From: Candidatus Roizmanbacteria bacterium
GTDB lineage: Bacteria; Patescibacteriota; Microgenomatia; UBA1406; GWC2-37-13
Direction of reading: 5' to 3'
NCBI GenBank assembly: GCA_016214055.1
Contig: JACRPE010000011.1
Coordinates: 793 to 64,792, forward strand
DNA: 64,000 nt
In this document: positions 63,699 to 64,000 of the stretch, one piece after another
Layout: every line of letters begins with the position of its first letter
Numbering within the stretch: the stretch's first letter is position 1
The notes under the pieces: generated by a model
Databases searched by the model: none
What the model was told of the DNA's origin: nothing
What the model saw: the letters and a program-made list of their open reading frames with translations, nothing else
Position numbers and translations under genes: made by a program

Positions 63699-64000
63699 AT
63701 GAATAAATACAGATGGATTGCTGTGATATTATTTTTCACATTAGTTTTGACCCTTATCTATGTTTATAAAAAAGACAAAAGGAACTGCCTAAACCCTTTC
63801 GAAGTAAAGGATTTTACCTCAGGAAAAGAAAGAGTGATGATTTGCGATAAAACTTTATACAAAGGATCTGTAAAGGTAGTAGACAACAAAGAATATCCTG
63901 ACTTGTTTCAGTTTTTGCTGAATAAAGACAGTAAACCAAACGAAGTAAAACAATATGTAAGAATATTTGAAAAAGATAAAACAGAATTAGTTTCAGTGAA
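63699..64000 (+). CDS. Partial ORF (signal-anchor protein), open to the right edge
   Basis: My translation is MNKYRWIAVILFFTLVLTLIYVYKKDKRNCLNPFEVKDFTSGKERVMICDKTLYKGSVKVVDNKEYPDLF.. with no stop before the window ends. Confidence 0.4.
   Translation, partial: MNKYRWIAVILFFTLVLTLIYVYKKDKRNCLNPFEVKDFTSGKERVMICDKTLYKGSVKVVDNKEYPDLFQFLLNKDSKPNEVKQYVRIFEKDKTELVSV

Noticed and set aside
1-64000. CRISPR arrays and rRNA genes
   Set aside because: No regularly spaced direct repeats of 24-40 nt with unique spacers were seen. The repeats found are palindromic MITE-like elements, tRNA-derived repeats or cassette flanks. No rRNA-like conserved stretches were recognised.

Overview
AT-rich bacterial window with short intergenic regions, many 1-14 nt gene overlaps and GC-rich stable-RNA islands. 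By inference only, the content looks Patescibacteria/CPR-like (Microgenomates-type). I see four blocks. (1) 1-12.8 kb is a mobile/defence island. It holds a large serine recombinase (open to the left edge), a degenerate FtsZ paralogue with a CheY-like receiver, a Type III R-M pair, an XRE/ImmA pair, a four-gene cassette ending in a HARE-HTH nuclease, and an AbrB-like gene with a secreted SNase. It ends in about 1.1 kb of GC-rich non-coding sequence that carries a tRNA-like module and an intrinsic terminator. (2) 12.9-27.3 kb is housekeeping: a PRTase, RmlD-like, cupin, NUDIX, UppP, EamA and a MacAB-like ABC efflux system. It also has a tRNA cluster (Arg-CCG, Ala-CGC, Ile-UAU, a Phe-GAA-like tRNA, and Gly-GCC further on) in which a small GIY-YIG gene is flanked by tRNA-derived repeats. 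(3) 27.3-52.9 kb is a very large glycosylation locus with 13 large polytopic GT-C-like membrane ORFs, five GT2, one GT4 and a flippase. Double-hairpin MITE-like elements pepper it, and three of them lie inside one open reading frame. (4) 53.5-63.4 kb is a second defence island. It has RhuM-Fic and PemK toxin cassettes with repeated flanking modules, a PUA-like/nuclease ORF, Vsr, and a tightly coupled six-gene minus-strand cluster in which an uncharacterised four-gene module (small helical protein, GHKL-type ATPase, two unknowns) runs directly into a C5-methyltransferase and an HpaII-like endonuclease. I found no rRNA and no CRISPR array. All protein calls rest on motifs I read in the supplied translations, and all RNA calls on hand folding. 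No searches were run.
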